Origin: Gracilinanus agilis
Lineage: Eukaryota
Direction: 5' to 3'
Length of the DNA: 64,000 nucleotides
Assembly: GCF_016433145.1 (NCBI RefSeq)
Contig: NC_058136.1
Coordinates: 926,141-990,140 of the forward strand
Positions 24,581 through 39,462 of the stretch are shown piece after piece. The translations under genes were made by a program, and so were the position numbers. Position 1 is the first letter of the stretch; each line of letters opens with the position of its first letter. The notes beneath the pieces are model-generated. The model saw only the letters and a program-made list of their open reading frames with translations. It ran no database searches and had not been told where the DNA came from.

Positions 24581-27500
24581 GGGTATCCCTTCCACATCTC
24601 AAGGGTTAGGGGCATGTCACCCCCATGATCTGGATAATCAGCCTAAAATTTCATTACCTTCCCATTGTACCAAGGAAGAAGTCTGATTTTTTTCTTTTAT
24701 GAAGTGCTCACAGTACCTTGTGTGCATTTATGAATTATTAAACTTTGAAAGATATCTCTACCCTTCTAGCCTTTGGGTGTTCTGTTCTTTTCATAAACTT
24801 TATTTGTTTTTGCTTATTTTAGCCTTAAAAAAGAAAAAGTGTTTACTTATGGCATTAAATGATAAAAATATTGATTTAATACAATACTATACATATATTT
24901 TATGCATTTCTAAGTTTCTAAACTTTTTCTGTGTCTTCTGCTGGGCTTATGTTGTCTGGGGCTTCTGCAATATTCCCCCCAAATTCTCATTTAATTTCTT
25001 ATACCAGACCTCTACATATTGAAACCACGATGGGGAAAGTTGAGATGGGGAAGAGATACCTGGATAATATCATGTGTTTTCACTATTTTCTCTGATTTGC
25101 ATGCTGCCTATAGCCCAGTAAGAAAATTATTTGAAACCATAACACTTGAGCCATTCTCTCTGCTCCTCTCTATGGAAATTTGCAATACCTAAAGTTCTAT
25201 TTAGGGTTGTACTCTATCAGAGAGGAATGTGGTCCACATTGCTCTCATGGAGTGGATTGAGTTAAGTAAGGATCAAGTTAAAAAAAAAAACTGGACTGCT
25301 TTCTGGATCCTTTTGATCAGTTCTTCACAGTATAGCCTAGAAGTGAATTCCCAAGAAACAAGAAACATTCATATTTAAAAGCAAGCAGAATTCTTTCTCC
25401 TTTCTCAGATTCAGAGCCCTGGGCCATCTTTAAGTGAGTATCAGAGGGAAATCACACATTGTATTGCCGTCCATGTGTACACATACACATAGTAGGTAGA
25501 AAGAATACCAGATTTATAGGCAAAGGATTTGGGTTGGAGTTCTAATGGATTCTGTGGGTACTTTTTTTGTATGTTGTTTCTTCCGTTAAAATGTGAACTG
25601 CTAGGCAGTGGTGGTTTTGAGGGCAGTGACTGTGTTTTTGCTTCCCCCTTTAACCTCAAAGAATAGCATAAAATCCAGCATCTAGTAAATAAATTCATTT
25701 CAACTGACTGCTTCTTATTGCTTCTGAGTCCTTAAGAAATGTCACTTAATTTTTCTAGGCTTCAGATTCCTCACCTGCAAAAGTGAGAAGATTGAATTAG
25801 ACAATCTCTTCAATCCCTTTCAGCTCTAATTCTGTGATCCTATAAGACTAAAACATTTTAATTACAGTAAAAATAAGCTTTCTTTACTAGGCTATACAGA
25901 TGACCTTGAGTGCTCAAAGACTATACCAGTGGAGTACTTGTACTGGCAGGCCCTTCCAAGCTATGATCAAGTATAGACTCAAAGATGGTTTCTGTGAATG
26001 CTTTCCAAGGAACAGGTTATCTCGTAAAAGGCTTATTACCACGTTAGCAATAATTGACAGATATTTTTGGTCATAGAAACTCATAAAGTGCTTTACTTAA
26101 GAATGGAAGTTAGCAGTGTGTAGTCATTCAAAAAATTTTTTAACTCTCATTCTCATGAAATTCCAGATCCTTCAGATATCAAAGCAAGAAACTAGATCTA
26201 CATAAACATCTCTGCAATCTTTAAGGGGGAAAGGAATTATAAAATGAACAACATGGAATTGTAGAAGGGGTGCAAAGAAAAAGAGGAGCCCATTTTTAGC
26301 ACCCACTGGTAGAACCATCAACTTTTATCCCTTATTATCCATTGACTGTTTTTCTCCATCACAGCTCAAGCCACTGATATCACCAGGATCTCTTTAAGTA
26401 TGGTACTCATCACAATTGCCAGCCCTAGAGCTGGAGCAGTAAGTTAGGAAACTTTTGAGGACCCATCTAAAGAGTTTGGACTTCCTCCTGTGATGAATAA
26501 GGAATTATTGAAGGCTTTAGGCTGAGTTTATGTGGAATGTATTGTATGATGGAGAGGCAATGAAACTAGTTCGGGAGACTAGTGATAATGAAGACCCAGA
26601 GTGATGAAGACTTGAACTAAGGGCAATCAAAAAAGAAAAGAAAAGTTTGGAAGGCATTATTAGAAGGAATACTCAAAGTCCAATGAGAAACAGAAGGAAG
26701 CAGAAGAAAAACAAATCAAAATGATTAGAAGTTTTCAAGACTAAGTGACTGACAACAATGGTGAAAATAGGTAAGGGAAAAAATCTGAAGTGGAGAAAAG
26801 GAGACGAATTATTTTAGTAAATGTTGAATTTTAGGTTATAATATTCAATAAGATGATGGAGCAAGAATGAGGTACTTGGGCGGTGTCAATAGTTTGAGCT
26901 AGAGAGGTAATGTGTGAGAGACCAAATCAAGCCAGGGAAATTCATGTTAGAAGAAATAGAAGGTAAGGGCAAGGTTGAGGAAAACTGGAGCAGAGGAGTT
27001 AGATAGTGAGTAATTAGAAAAAAGAAAATAGGATGTGGGAATCTACAGGGTGACATTGCATGCCCAAAGTTCCATAGGATACTGGCTATCTTTTTTTAGA
27101 TTCTTATTCCATTTAATCTGCCTATTCTTCTCTTAGCCCTTGGAATGTATGCCAGCAATGGAGGAACTTCCTCCATTCCCCAGATCCCACAAGGAGAAGT
27201 AGCTACAAAGAAAATTATAGGAAGTTTTTGATGAGGAGGATCTAGAGCAGAGGTTCCCAAACTTTTTTGGCCTACCACCCCCTTTCCAGAAAAAATATTA
27301 CTTAGTGCCCCCTGGAAATTATGAAACTATTTATTGAACTGAGAATAGAATGAAATACAAGAAAAGTGTGGCCATCACTGCTTCTCTGGATTGCTACAGC
27401 ATCCACCAGGGGGCAGTAGCACCCACTTTGGGAATCACTGATCCAGAGCAAGAGCCCTTCACAAGATCCACAGACAGATTTTAGATAGTATATGAATTTT

Positions 27501-28190
27501 TTTGTTTTTTTAATAGTTTAATAATTATACTTCAATATAACTTTTTCTTAGTAATCCTTAGCTTTTCATTATATGCATTTAAAAATATTATTCTGTGAAG
27601 AAATGTATAGGGTTGATTGGGCTTTCAGAATTTTTCTATGACAAAAAAAAAAAGGTTAAGTAGACCTGATCAGGTGACAGCTGGGTGACTCAGTGAATTT
27701 AGAGCCAAGCCCAGAGACAGGAGGTCCTGGGTTCAAATCTGCCCTCAGACACTTCCTAGCTGTGTGACCCTGGGCAAGTCACTTGACCCTCACTGCCTAG
27801 CCATTACCTCTCTTCTGCCTTGAAACCAATACTTAGTATTGATTCTAAGATGGAAGGTAAGGATTTAAAAAAAAAGAACACCTGATCAAAGATATGAGTC
27901 ACCCACATATGGGTAATAGTTGAAACTATGATTATATACACTCTAAAAATAACTTATGTAAGAGCCATACATCTGATCCTTGATATATCAAAGTTTCAAA
28001 CAAATTCATAGGAGATATACTTCAAAATATTTGTTCAGTCAGTGCAAGAGTGCCCTTATAAAGAGTTCAATTCTGCTCTCTGAAACAGTACTTAAAGGAG
28101 TCTGTGGTTTCAGTGATTTGGTTGCTCCCTCCCATCCACACACAACTGGCTAGCCTATGCTTCTTCCTTACAATTTTGTTTATTTTTCAG

Positions 28191-28230
28191 GTATTGACAG
28201 CTAAGGATATTGAATGTGGGAAGAGCTGTG
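28191..28230 (+). other. Candidate 40-nt internal exon (only frame 0 open: VLTAKDIECGKSC); mirror 11193-11232, minus
   Basis: Branch-like ccttac, pyrimidine tract ttttgtttatttttcag acceptor, and donor GTG|gtgagc. No homology recognised. Confidence 0.3.
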
Positions 28231-31200
28231 GTGAGCTTATAATAGTATGTTGTTTGTTTGCTTTTTTCCAAAGATGCCCCTACTTCCCAATGTTCATTGG
28301 AATCAAAGAATCTTAGCAATGGATGTCACTTCAGAGGTCATCTAGTAGAACTTCTAAACTAGATGTGAATCCAATTGACAGAAGTTATTCTGCAGGTTCT
28401 TGTGCTTACCCTATTTAGACTCAAAGGAAACATGTTTATCTTTTAAGAAATACAACACACATCATGCTTCTAAACTCATCACTTCACCTTTCCCACAAAA
28501 ACCCTGCCAGGCAAGTAGTATAAATAGCATGATCCCCTTTATATAGATAAGGAAACTCAGAGCAATTAAATTAAGTGCCTACGTCTGTTGACTAAATAAA
28601 ATAACTCTAATGTTCACTACTGGTCAATCAATAAACATTTATTAAGCACCTACTATGTACCATGAACAATGCTAAAGGCACTACACTACAAACACCCTGG
28701 AATTTGGGAAGTGGAAGTTCAGAGCATCATGGAGTCAAAAGGGATCATGAATATCACAAGCATTTAGGCAGGGCTCCACATAAAGTCTCCAACAGAGATG
28801 GTTCACCATTCTGTCCCTCTCACCAGATTTCAGACATGCATGTATATATGTGAAGGAAGCTAGATTTGCAGGAAGACATTTCTTTGCTTTTAGTCATTTA
28901 CAGAGACAGCAGCATGAAATGAAAAATGATAAAAATGATGATGTATCTGTCTATATCCAGCATCAATACAGAAATGGCTGGTGCCACCTATTGCTGAAAA
29001 CAGAGAACTGAAAGGATTTTTGTGTGTCTGTGTGTGCTGATTTCCTTACAGTAGATCTTTATCCTGTTGTTGCCAAAAGCCCAAAAAATATGTTTCCCAA
29101 AAAGACAGAAAGAGAAGGAAAAGAATCCCTTTCCTCTAAGATCACAGGGGCAAAGAAAAAGTCTCTAAGAAGATAATGATGAAATAAATACTCTATTTAA
29201 AGTTCAGCTCAATAGCTAGTGAGATTTGCATGTGGCTGATGAATTCAGTCTTTTGGGTGTCTTAAAATAAACCCTAATGCAAGTCATTAGGCAAAGTTCA
29301 GGCTTTGAGCTCAGATAAAATGCCAACCAGTTTATTCCACTATGGGCTACTTGAAACTTATAGTGAACACAAGAAGCAGTGGGGCATTTTTATGATCCAA
29401 CAGTCCCGGAAGCATCCTAAGAAGTCCAGGGCAAGAATAGTTTCTGGAATTGTAGTTTATTAATTTAGAAATTGCTTGGTTTTTTACAAAATAAACTGTT
29501 TATATTTTTGTTATTGTTTTAGAAATTCCAACCTTGGTATAAAGAAAAATTGCCTCCTGACCCAAAATAATGTCATTAAAAAAAAAAGAAAGAAAGAAAA
29601 ATTGGTTCATGAGGATTATTCAGCTATTTTACAAGGACACATCTAAAAGCTAAAGAGGAAGTTTATACTCATGGTTCTATCATATCAAATGTCACATCCT
29701 TTGAAAACTGGTTTTTGAGGAGAAATTCTGGAAACTTGCTTCTTTCCTAATATTATTCTTTTTAAACGTTAGTTGAGGTTGACATCCTACATTCAAGGTA
29801 GGACTAAGAGGCTTATTCCAAACTTTGTCCAATCAAGATAACCACAAGAGGAAATCAGATCCTCTATTTTCAGAACTGCTGCAGTAAGAGTACCTTACTT
29901 AATTATAGAAAACCCAGAGTGAAAGGTCTTCTGGGAGCCCACAGATTGATGAACTGGGCAACTATGTAATAATGGAAAGAAAACTGGATTTTGGAGCTAG
30001 AGATCTTGGTTCAAAGCATGGGTTATAACATTTAATAATTCTGTGCCTTAGTAAAGTCATGTAATCTCCCTGTGCCTCAGTTTCCACATCTGTAGAATGA
30101 GAAATAATAACACCACTACAGCAAAAGATCATTGTGTGCTTTCTTTGTAAACTTCCAAGCACTACTGAAATGTGAGTTATTTATCATGATTAATATAAAA
30201 AAAGGAGTTGGAATCTGAATTAAGTTGACTCAGATTTCTTCTTTATCTTTCTTCTTTTATCTCTCCTCTTCTCTCTTCCCTAATATTCCACTCATATTCA
30301 AGAAGAAAGATTTCAACTAGTTGTCATTTGCTTAAGCAGATGGATTATGAATAGCTTTGTTGTGTTAAATTTGTATATTGTTCTGCTTCCCCTGACCATC
30401 CCCTCCCTTGTAGTCAGAATAAAGTTCCTAACTAGTCAGTATAAAGGAATAATAATAGGAAGTAAGAATGCAAAGGAGAACCCTGAAGCCTCATGTGAAC
30501 CATCTCAAAGGAGCATAATTTACAAATTATATAACATATTAACCAAAAATCACATCCTGATAATATATGTGGAATCTAGGGAACTATAACTTTGCTGTCA
30601 GCACCTTTTGATCCTATGATATGTAAATTCCAGACAAATTCCAGACCTCCACAATAAAGACCAGCAGATCGCCAAATGGCTTTGATGATTTCGAGATCAT
30701 GCAAACATGTTGAGGTTAACATTTTACTGACAACTTTGAAATGATTTGGATATGTTAATGAACTAACCCCCAGAGGGCATGAATCTATTCCCCTCCAAAG
30801 CCTATGTAAATAAGGCTTCAGAAACCAGCCCTCCCCCAAAGACTCTTCCATCTTCATCAGGCCCATGCTGTCTAGTGTTTCCAACTTTAATACATGGATA
30901 TATGAGTGATATTCTCTGCCTCTCCCCTCCTTATCCTCTTCCTCATGTTGCCTGCCTTTGCCTTACCATCCTATCCCCTGCCTCGAAATCATCTGCTTCT
31001 TTACCCATTTTGCCACATGTCTATGTTCTTTCTGTGCTATTTGCCCTCATGTCCTCAGTGCCTTATTAAAGTATGATTAAAGCCCTGTTTCCCATTGCCA
31101 TCATAGTCTCTCCCAGCGAGTACCCAGAGAACCTATAATTCACTTGTTAATCAAAATGAATATCCAATCCAATAAAAAAAGATTTATTAAGCACCTACTA

Positions 31201-32070
31201 TGTGCCAGGTTCTATGCTAAATGCTAGAGATACAGAAAGAGGCAAAAGACAGTTCCAGCCCTCAAAGAGCTTGCAATCTAACCACTGAGAATGTATTGAG
31301 TAAAATAGTTTGGAGCAGGGGACCTTTTGGTCATTCTTCTTTACTCTAGGCTACCCTCAGCCCACAACAAAATGAATGATAAATACAATGGTTTTCCTTC
31401 ATACAACAACCTCACTATGAGGTCATGCAGTTGAAAAAAAAACAAAACAGAATTTACAATGAGAGGCTCTGGATGCAAATTATGGTTCAACTACTTATAA
31501 GCAAGATAGCCTTGGAAAAATCACTTTCCCTCTCTTGGCCTCAGTTTCCCTCTTTGTTAAATGAAGGACTGGAAAATACACTAGCTATTCTCTAAGAGTC
31601 TTTATTTTTTTCTATTTGTAAAATTCATCCTTTATTTTATTTTTATTAGAAAATTTTTCCATGGTTACATGATTCTAAGAGTCTTTATAAAGTTCCATGA
31701 TCTTATATTAATTAGTAGCACCAATTTTTAAAATAATTCTAGTCTTGACAGGATTTATTTTTAAAGCTGATAGAAATGATGGGGAAAATGTATTATTTTC
31801 ACCTTTAATTCTTTATTAATCTTTAATTCCTCTTATGATGTAGATTACCCAGTACATCATCAGACATTCAGTAGGGACTTAATAGATGCTTGTTGAGTTG
31901 GGCTATATTGATTTAATGTCCTTCTTCAGTGCCTCACTGCAATGTGGAAGTGATCACAAGGCTTTGAAGACTATCCAGCAGAACAGAAACTTTGGGCTTT
32001 AGGTGCAGAACCAGCAACAGAATACACCTATCTTTCAAAAGACCCAGCTTAATTAAGTTCATGACCAGAG

Positions 32071-32121
<51 letters not shown>

Positions 32122-34526
32122 CATCTAGCATTTATATGGCACTTTAAAGGTTTGTCAAGGCTCTCTACATATGATGCATTCTTCCTCTTCTTTTTTTAAT
32201 TATTTTTTTAAACCCTTACCTTCCATCTTGGAGTCAATACTGTAGATTGACTCCAAGGCAGAAGAGTGGTAAGAGTAGGCAATAGGATCAAGTGACTTGC
32301 CCAGGGTCACACAGCTAGGAAGTGTCTGAGGCCAGATTTGAACCTAGGACCACCCATCTCTAGGCCTGGTTCTCAATACACTGAGCTACCCAGCTGCCCC
32401 TTCTTTTTTTATAACAGTAAATCTCCAGGACTATCTGCTAAAGAATGGAAGGGTTGCCGTTTGCACAAGTGAAGAGTGACCTCCTCCAACACCATCACTG
32501 ATTCTTCAAGTAAGTTTGGAAGTAATAGTTGTCTATACAACACTTGGTCAAACAAAATAAACTTCAAATATTAGATGGACCCATCTTCACATCACTTGAC
32601 TTATTTAATGATTTATAATTACTAAATTCTACAAGATTCAGTGAGAATTGGGGGCTGGTAACAAGGAAGAGAAACATTTTGAAACAATATCAAGAGAAGA
32701 AAAATTTGTGACTGAATTTGTCAAGAAAGACTTTTAGAAGGGGCAGCTGGGTAGCTGAGTGGATTGAGAGCCAGGCCTAGAGGTCCTGATACAAATCTGG
32801 CCTCAGACACTTCCTAGCTATGTGACCCTGGGCAAGTCACTTAACCCCCCCCCCCATCACCCTTACCACTCTTCTGCCTTGGATCCAATATATAGTACTG
32901 ATTCCAAGGCAAAAGGTAAGGTTTTTTTTTTTTAATAAAAAGAAAAAAGAAATACATTCTGCCTCTCTTCCCTGCAGATATTAGTTTCCAGTTTCTTGTA
33001 CACAGTGTACCAGCTGACTGTATTTCTCTTATCTGTAATGATTTATTTACCTGTTGTCTCCTTCCCCGATTATAATGTAAACTCCTTGAGGGCAGGGGTT
33101 ATTATTGCCTTTCTTGATATCCTAATATTTAGCACAGTGCCTGGAATATTAATTAATTTTTAAATTAGTAATATATTGATTAATGTTTTTCTCTTGGCTA
33201 ATTAATCAATAATCTCTATGGAGAAGCAGAGTTGCATTATGGAAAGCATGCTAGACCTAGACTCAGAGTACTTGGGTTCAATCTCCACACTGGGACTTAT
33301 TAAAAATTAACCTTGGGCAGCTCCCAACTTATCAGAGTCTCAGTTTCCTCATCCTTAAAATGGGGATAATTGATATATCCCTGTACTACCCAACTAACAG
33401 AGATATTGAGCAGAAGGTGCTTTATAAACCTTAAAAGATCTATAAAAATGTGAGTTATCGGGATAGAACCTTCCCTACTGAAAGTCTCCATTACAGGAAT
33501 GGCTTCCACTCTTTTTACTTTTCTTGCCAGTAACTTTATTTATCAAAGGTAGGAATAAGAGTATCTTTGGGGATACATTCCTTCTCTCCCATTATCACTC
33601 TCTATATTGCAAGAGAAATACACTTCCTATATAGCCTAAGATCATAAGATCATAGATTTCATATGGGAATGGCCTTGGAGGAGGCCATCTACTTCAATGG
33701 TCATTTTGTTAATGAGGAACGAAGGACCCAAGGAAGTATTTGGCCCAATGCCGCATAGGTAGTAAGAAACACAACCAGCTGTTAAATCCTTGTCCTCTGT
33801 CTTCAAATATAGTGCCTCTCCTTCTTCAGGACTATGATGCTTCTTTGTCTCCCCAAGGATTCTCCATCCCTTCCCAGCAATGTGCAGGCAAGAATGAATG
33901 CACATGATCATTTCAGGGCTTGCCTTCCTTCTCCAGAGAGGCTCCTACCTGAGACAGTGCCACTGCCTCCTCACCTCTCTTCCCAGCCTGGTTCCGAAGA
34001 GACAGGAAGTTCCCACAACCCTGTCCACACACAAACTGACTCTGTTAAAAATAAGTTTTGTTCCCAGTGGATGTGTTAATTAGATCTCCCTGTAGTCCAC
34101 CATAAAGTAAAATACTTGGAATGAATATGAGGAGTGTCCTAAAGATTTATCTCACACACTCACCTTTTCTAACCTTTAACAACACAGAAGTATGGACTGG
34201 AGAGAGAGTATTTAGCAATAGAATTTGAAAATAGGAATGGACAATCCCCAAATGAAGGGGGCTTCCATACACTAAGGAGGCATTAAGCCTCAAGGCCAAC
34301 TTTGTTTTCCACCACTTATTCCCCCACCCCCATTCCTAGTTTCCAACAGCTTTTACTTGGTCATTAAAACCCTGCAAGAATTAGGCTAAGGGAATTTCTT
34401 GTACTAAACCCTTTTGATAAGAGCCAAATCCAACAGAAGAATTCTCCCCAGTTAGTCCTATTGGCTCTAGCTGTATACCTCTCCCAATTGCCAGGAGCCC
34501 TCATTTCTAGTTTCTGTGTGATTAAG

Positions 34527-34564
<38 letters not shown>

Positions 34565-35041
34565 AACACCATGATCAGGATACTGCAATATTTCTGAAGC
34601 AGGGGGAAAAAAATCTGTCATCTTGGACAGGCACCAAGATCATTATCATTTAATCACTTTTCTGTACTTAAACAGCAATAATAACTGGGCTGTAAACTGG
34701 TGGAAACTGATTAAAGAGAACTTTAAAAAAAAGACTGAGTCAAGCTTTCTATGTTAGAAGCATCCCAGCATACTGATGAATTCCTTTTTCAGACGGTGCC
34801 AACTGACAGAAACACAATAGCCCCTAAACAGCAAAATAACTATGTAAAAGAGATTTTGAGTATGGCTCAAGCTGCTTACTGATTAAATCTTTTGCACACA
34901 ACACTCTCCCCAAACCTGCGTAGTCATTGTTCCTAGTAAAACAAGCCTTTGTTGACAACTACAGGCAAAGGATTCTGGCTGACCAAGTCCATGGTTCTCA
35001 CACAGCTTAATCGAAGGGGACCTGTTCCTTTTTTCCAACAG

Positions 35042-35114
35042 AAGACTTGAGGAGGTTGTCAAAAATGAAGGGGGCTGGGGGGGAAGGAAGGAAGGGAATT
35101 CTTTTGGCTTCAAG
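35042..35114 (+). other. Candidate 73-nt exon; mirror 4307-4379, minus
   Basis: Acceptor cctgttccttttttccaacag| and donor AAG|gtgagg; two frames open. Lies in a CpG-retaining unique segment. Confidence 0.25.
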
Positions 35115-38100
35115 GTGAGGAAGGGTCTGAGTGACTTCATTGCTGAGGCTTGTGGGTGGTTTTCACTCCTGTGTCTTTCGCTTATCGACAATGTAATTTT
35201 GGACTTTTCTCACTCCAAACAAAATATCGGGGAGACTCTGTATTTCCCCTTTGTTTCCTGGCTGGGGTACAAGGGACAGAAGAGTCATTTTAAAAAGAAA
35301 ATAGAAGGTTTGATTACTGAGAATTACTTTCTTGGCAAATACTGCACTAACTAGTCCCTGGTAGGGCGTGCCTCATTTTAAGAAAACTTGAAAACTTTCT
35401 CTTCATTTCCCTAAAACATATCTGTTCCAGGTACCACTAAATTTCCAGTCACCTAATCTTTAAGCTATTTCTTTCTACTCCCAGCCCCCGCTTCAATCTA
35501 CCCTTCCCACTACAGCCTTCCACCACTGTGTTCCCCACCAGCAACAACTAAATTCTACCCACATGATATTCCTTCCAACCAACCCTTCCCCTCTTTTTCC
35601 ATGGCCATAGCCCTGGTTCAAGGCTTCAATACCTTCTTACCTGGATAGCTGAAAAAGTCTCCAAACTGATTTACTGCATCCATACTTTTCTTATTTCTAT
35701 TCATTCTACAAAGCACTACTATGTTCATCTTCCTTAAATTCTGCTAGATCTTATGTCACCTTTTTGCTCAAAAAGCTACAGTGACCTCCTATTGTCTATA
35801 GATAAACGTATAAATTTCTCCCCAGATTTGCAGCTTTGCAAATGACCTCCTTTGTAATGTGACCCCAATCTCTCCATCCCATTAGTCTTCTCCCCTTCGA
35901 TAATTCAAAACAACCAAACTAACCTACGTGCTATTCATTTGCTCACATGTTCCCTCCAAGTGGAAGACTCCCTGGCCACGCTACCTGATCTTTGCCTGGT
36001 CAATTCCAACCAATTAAGGCTCAGCTTAGGTATCACCTCTTCCATGAAGCCTCCCCATATCCATCTCTCCCACCAGTTTCCCTCCTCTGATCTCTTTTGG
36101 TACATTTTTAGATATTTCCCATGATATTTTCACATTGTACTCTTAAAAATATAGAAATGGCTTACTTTGTGTAATAACCACAGTATAGCTTTTTGCATGC
36201 CTAGTTTGTAAGCTCCCTGAGGACAGAGACAATAGTTGTGTCACCTTGGGAAAGTCACTTAATCTCATCAGACTTCAGTTTCTTCATCTATAAAATTAGT
36301 GCTTTGAAATGGATGAACCCTAAGTTCCCTTCCAGCTCAAATCCACGATTAATGACTTTCTTATTCATATTGGTATGCCTCCAACCCAACAGTAGTGACC
36401 TGTAATATCTTTCACACAATAGGCAAATAAAGACAAAACTCTGAAATTTCAAGATGGTACAATCAACTCTCTTTTCTCCTTCAGAAGAATATGTTCTTAG
36501 AAAGAAAAGGTAATTTCCTTTTTTTTTTTACTTCTCTATCTTCAGCATTGAACCCAATGTCTTGAATATAAGCTCTTCGTAAGTGCTTACTGAGTTAATT
36601 GGAAAGGGTGACTTTTGTCATTAGAAATGGACAGTCCAGTTTCTCAATGGACTCCCTGGGAGGGTTCCTTGAAATGTAAGGCTCCACAACTGACTGGTAT
36701 CCCCAACCCCAATGATTTTTATTTATGCAAATATCTGCTGAGGTTTAGTTAATTAGAACTTAAAAGGTCTTAGTGCTGTTTTGAAAATACTTTTGACCAT
36801 ATGGACCCCTTGAAAGTGTCTTTTATGAATGTATAAGAGTCCTGAGGCCCAAAAGTTTGAGGACCACTAATCTAGAACTATAGCTTTGGTTATACCAAGG
36901 CTTAAGCTTTTCTTTCATTTGGCTAACTCCTTATGTTCTTTTGCCTCCGTAACAATAGATTTTCAAAAATCACAGACATGGACAGGACCTTTAATATTAT
37001 CTAATGTGATCTGTACCTGGACAGTAGTAATCCCTTCCACAATACCTCTGAAATAGTCACTTGTCTCCTCTTGGTGATTTCCAGTAAAGTAGATAGAATC
37101 CATTACCTCTTAAGGTGACCTATTTCACTGTTGCACAGCTCTAACTGATCAGAAGAGATTTGGGAGTAGGTGTTTGCTTCTCATATCAAGCTGAATCTAT
37201 TTCTCTTCAGCATTCACTCCTGCTCCTAATTCTGTCCTCTGAAGTCAAGCAAACAATTCTACAGATATTTTGACATGGCAATGCTTCAGATGCTCAATCA
37301 GGTTCCCCAAAGTTTTGTCTTGCCAGATTAAATATTGCCAGTTCTTTCTGACCATCTTTACATTTGTTGTTGCTGCTATTCAATCATTTTCCAGTCATGT
37401 CCAACTTATTGTGACCCCATTTGAGTTTTTCTTGAAAAGGGTACTGGATAAGTTCACCATTTCCTTCTCCAACACATTTTATGGATGAGGAAACTGAGGC
37501 AAACAAGGTCAAGTGACTTGCCCAGAATCATACAGCTAGTATCCAAAGTCAGAGTTGAATTCAGGAAGATGTCTTCCTTACTCCTGGTCTGGTACTGGTT
37601 ACTGTGTCACCTAACTGCCTACCATCTCTGTATGAAATGATCCATATCCAATCCTGTTTGCACCTCCCTGAACATGCTCCAGTCTGTCAGTGTCCCAAGT
37701 TAGCCTATTTTGACACTAATTTTCTGGACAGCAGAGCTTTTGAATCATTATCTATCTTTGAGCCCCTAGTGCCTAGCCTTGAAAATCTTCCTTTTTAAAT
37801 AAATGTTTATCGAATGAATAAAATGTTTGTTGAACATCTTATCTCTTCTATCGGGTCATAAGCTACTTGAGATGAGAGATTAGTAATAATTTATAAATGG
37901 ATTTAAGGTTTCAAAATCTGTTTCCTCACAACACTATGAACACTGTATAGTACAAGTATTTTTGCCATTTTAGAGTTGAAAATGAGGTTGGCAAGAATTA
38001 AGTGACTTTTCTCTGGTCACAAATCTAGCAATCACCTGAGATGAGATTCAAATGAAGGTCTCTTGACACCAAGGTCAGAATTCTTTCCTCTATGCAATAC

Positions 38101-39462
38101 TATCTCCCATTTGGTTTTATATTCCTCTTTGTCTGACAGGGAGCCTTGCATAGAATGTAAACTAATTGTTGGTTGAATCAATCATTCAACTCATCATCCA
38201 ATGATTCTGGAAGGATCATACAGAAGATTTGATAAATTTGGACTTAAACAAAGGCAAGGTTCCCTGCAGGGGCAAAGAGGAATGGTGTTACTGTTCAATG
38301 TGACAATATGTCATAATGACTAGGGCTGAGAAAAACAGTTTTACTTTAGGTTCAATGATATCTAACCCTGGAGCAAGGGCAGAAGAGACCTCTAGTAAAA
38401 TGTTGACCCACAAATATGAACTACTTTGCCAGAGACAAGGCCTCTTTAGTCCAGCGAGGCTCTTTCATTTTCTAATTCTGTGATTTTTGTCCTAAAGTAA
38501 AAAAAAAAAAAAAAAAGACATGGTTCAGCAAACTGTCAGATCTTATGAACTGACTACCTACTTAGAAAGGCATGAAGGGTTCCTTTTGTTTTCTTTTTTT
38601 TCTTTTTCACTTGAGATTAAATTTAAATTTAGAGAAGAGTCTCTGGCAGATCCATTCCTCTCTTCACATTTTCCAATGAAATCACATGTGCTTTTCTTCA
38701 AGCCTTAATTTCCTTAATGCTTATCTGAATTATTTGTGTATTTTCAAAAGCAGCCACTAGAGTTACTTTCATAGTAACTCTACTTCACTAGTATGTAATG
38801 CATAAGATCTCATTTTATCCTCAAAAGAGCCATTGGAAGAAAATGCTACTATTAACCCCATTCTGTAGATTGAAAAAAACTGAAGTTAAGTGATTTGTTA
38901 AGTGATTTGTCCAGAATTACACAGCTTGTAAATATCTGAAGCAAGATTTTTAATTCAGGTCTTCCTGACTCCAGACTTCTATCCACTATGCCACCAAGTT
39001 GCCTCTAGAGAATGCAGAAAGCCTCTGGGAAGCCACTAGTAAAAGACTGATTGAAGGACAAATACCATCAAAACCACAAAGACTAAGAATTCTGACATTC
39101 AGGATTAATAAATTATGGGGACAAGAAGCAGATCTGATCAGAGACTTAAGAGAAATTCTATGGGTAAGGAGCTCTTAGTGCCTGGTCAGACACATTGAAG
39201 ATATCAAGGTCATCCACTGCACCAGACACCATCACCAGGGGTCAGAGCGATGGAGGCCAGAGAAAATTCTCATAGAGTATATGGAGGCATAAGGATACCA
39301 CCTGGCACACAGTATGACTTGTCAAGGCCACTGATTCCATATTCCCTCTGAAAAATATAAAGCAAAGTCTCTAAGCCTTCAAAGCAGGACACAGAAAACA
39401 TTTTTCCTAATTAGATACAATAATTTCAGAAGAACTACCCTATTCCTCCAGAGAGTCTAGTC

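Larger units (their letters stand above)
19961..39420 (-). repeat. Right arm of the giant inverted duplication
   Basis: Reverse complement of 1-19460. Lines compared directly match except at four noted sites. Confidence 0.99.

Noticed and set aside
1-39420. Duplicated ORF pairs suggesting paralogous gene pairs or a toxin-antitoxin-like system
   Set aside because: They are mirror images produced by the inverted duplication; the ORFs are short, lack recognisable domains and mostly overlap repeats.
1-39420. Fold-back read chimera as the origin of the palindrome
   Set aside because: The arms differ by two substitutions and two indels and are separated by a scaffold gap; this fits two source haplotypes or copies better than one folded molecule.
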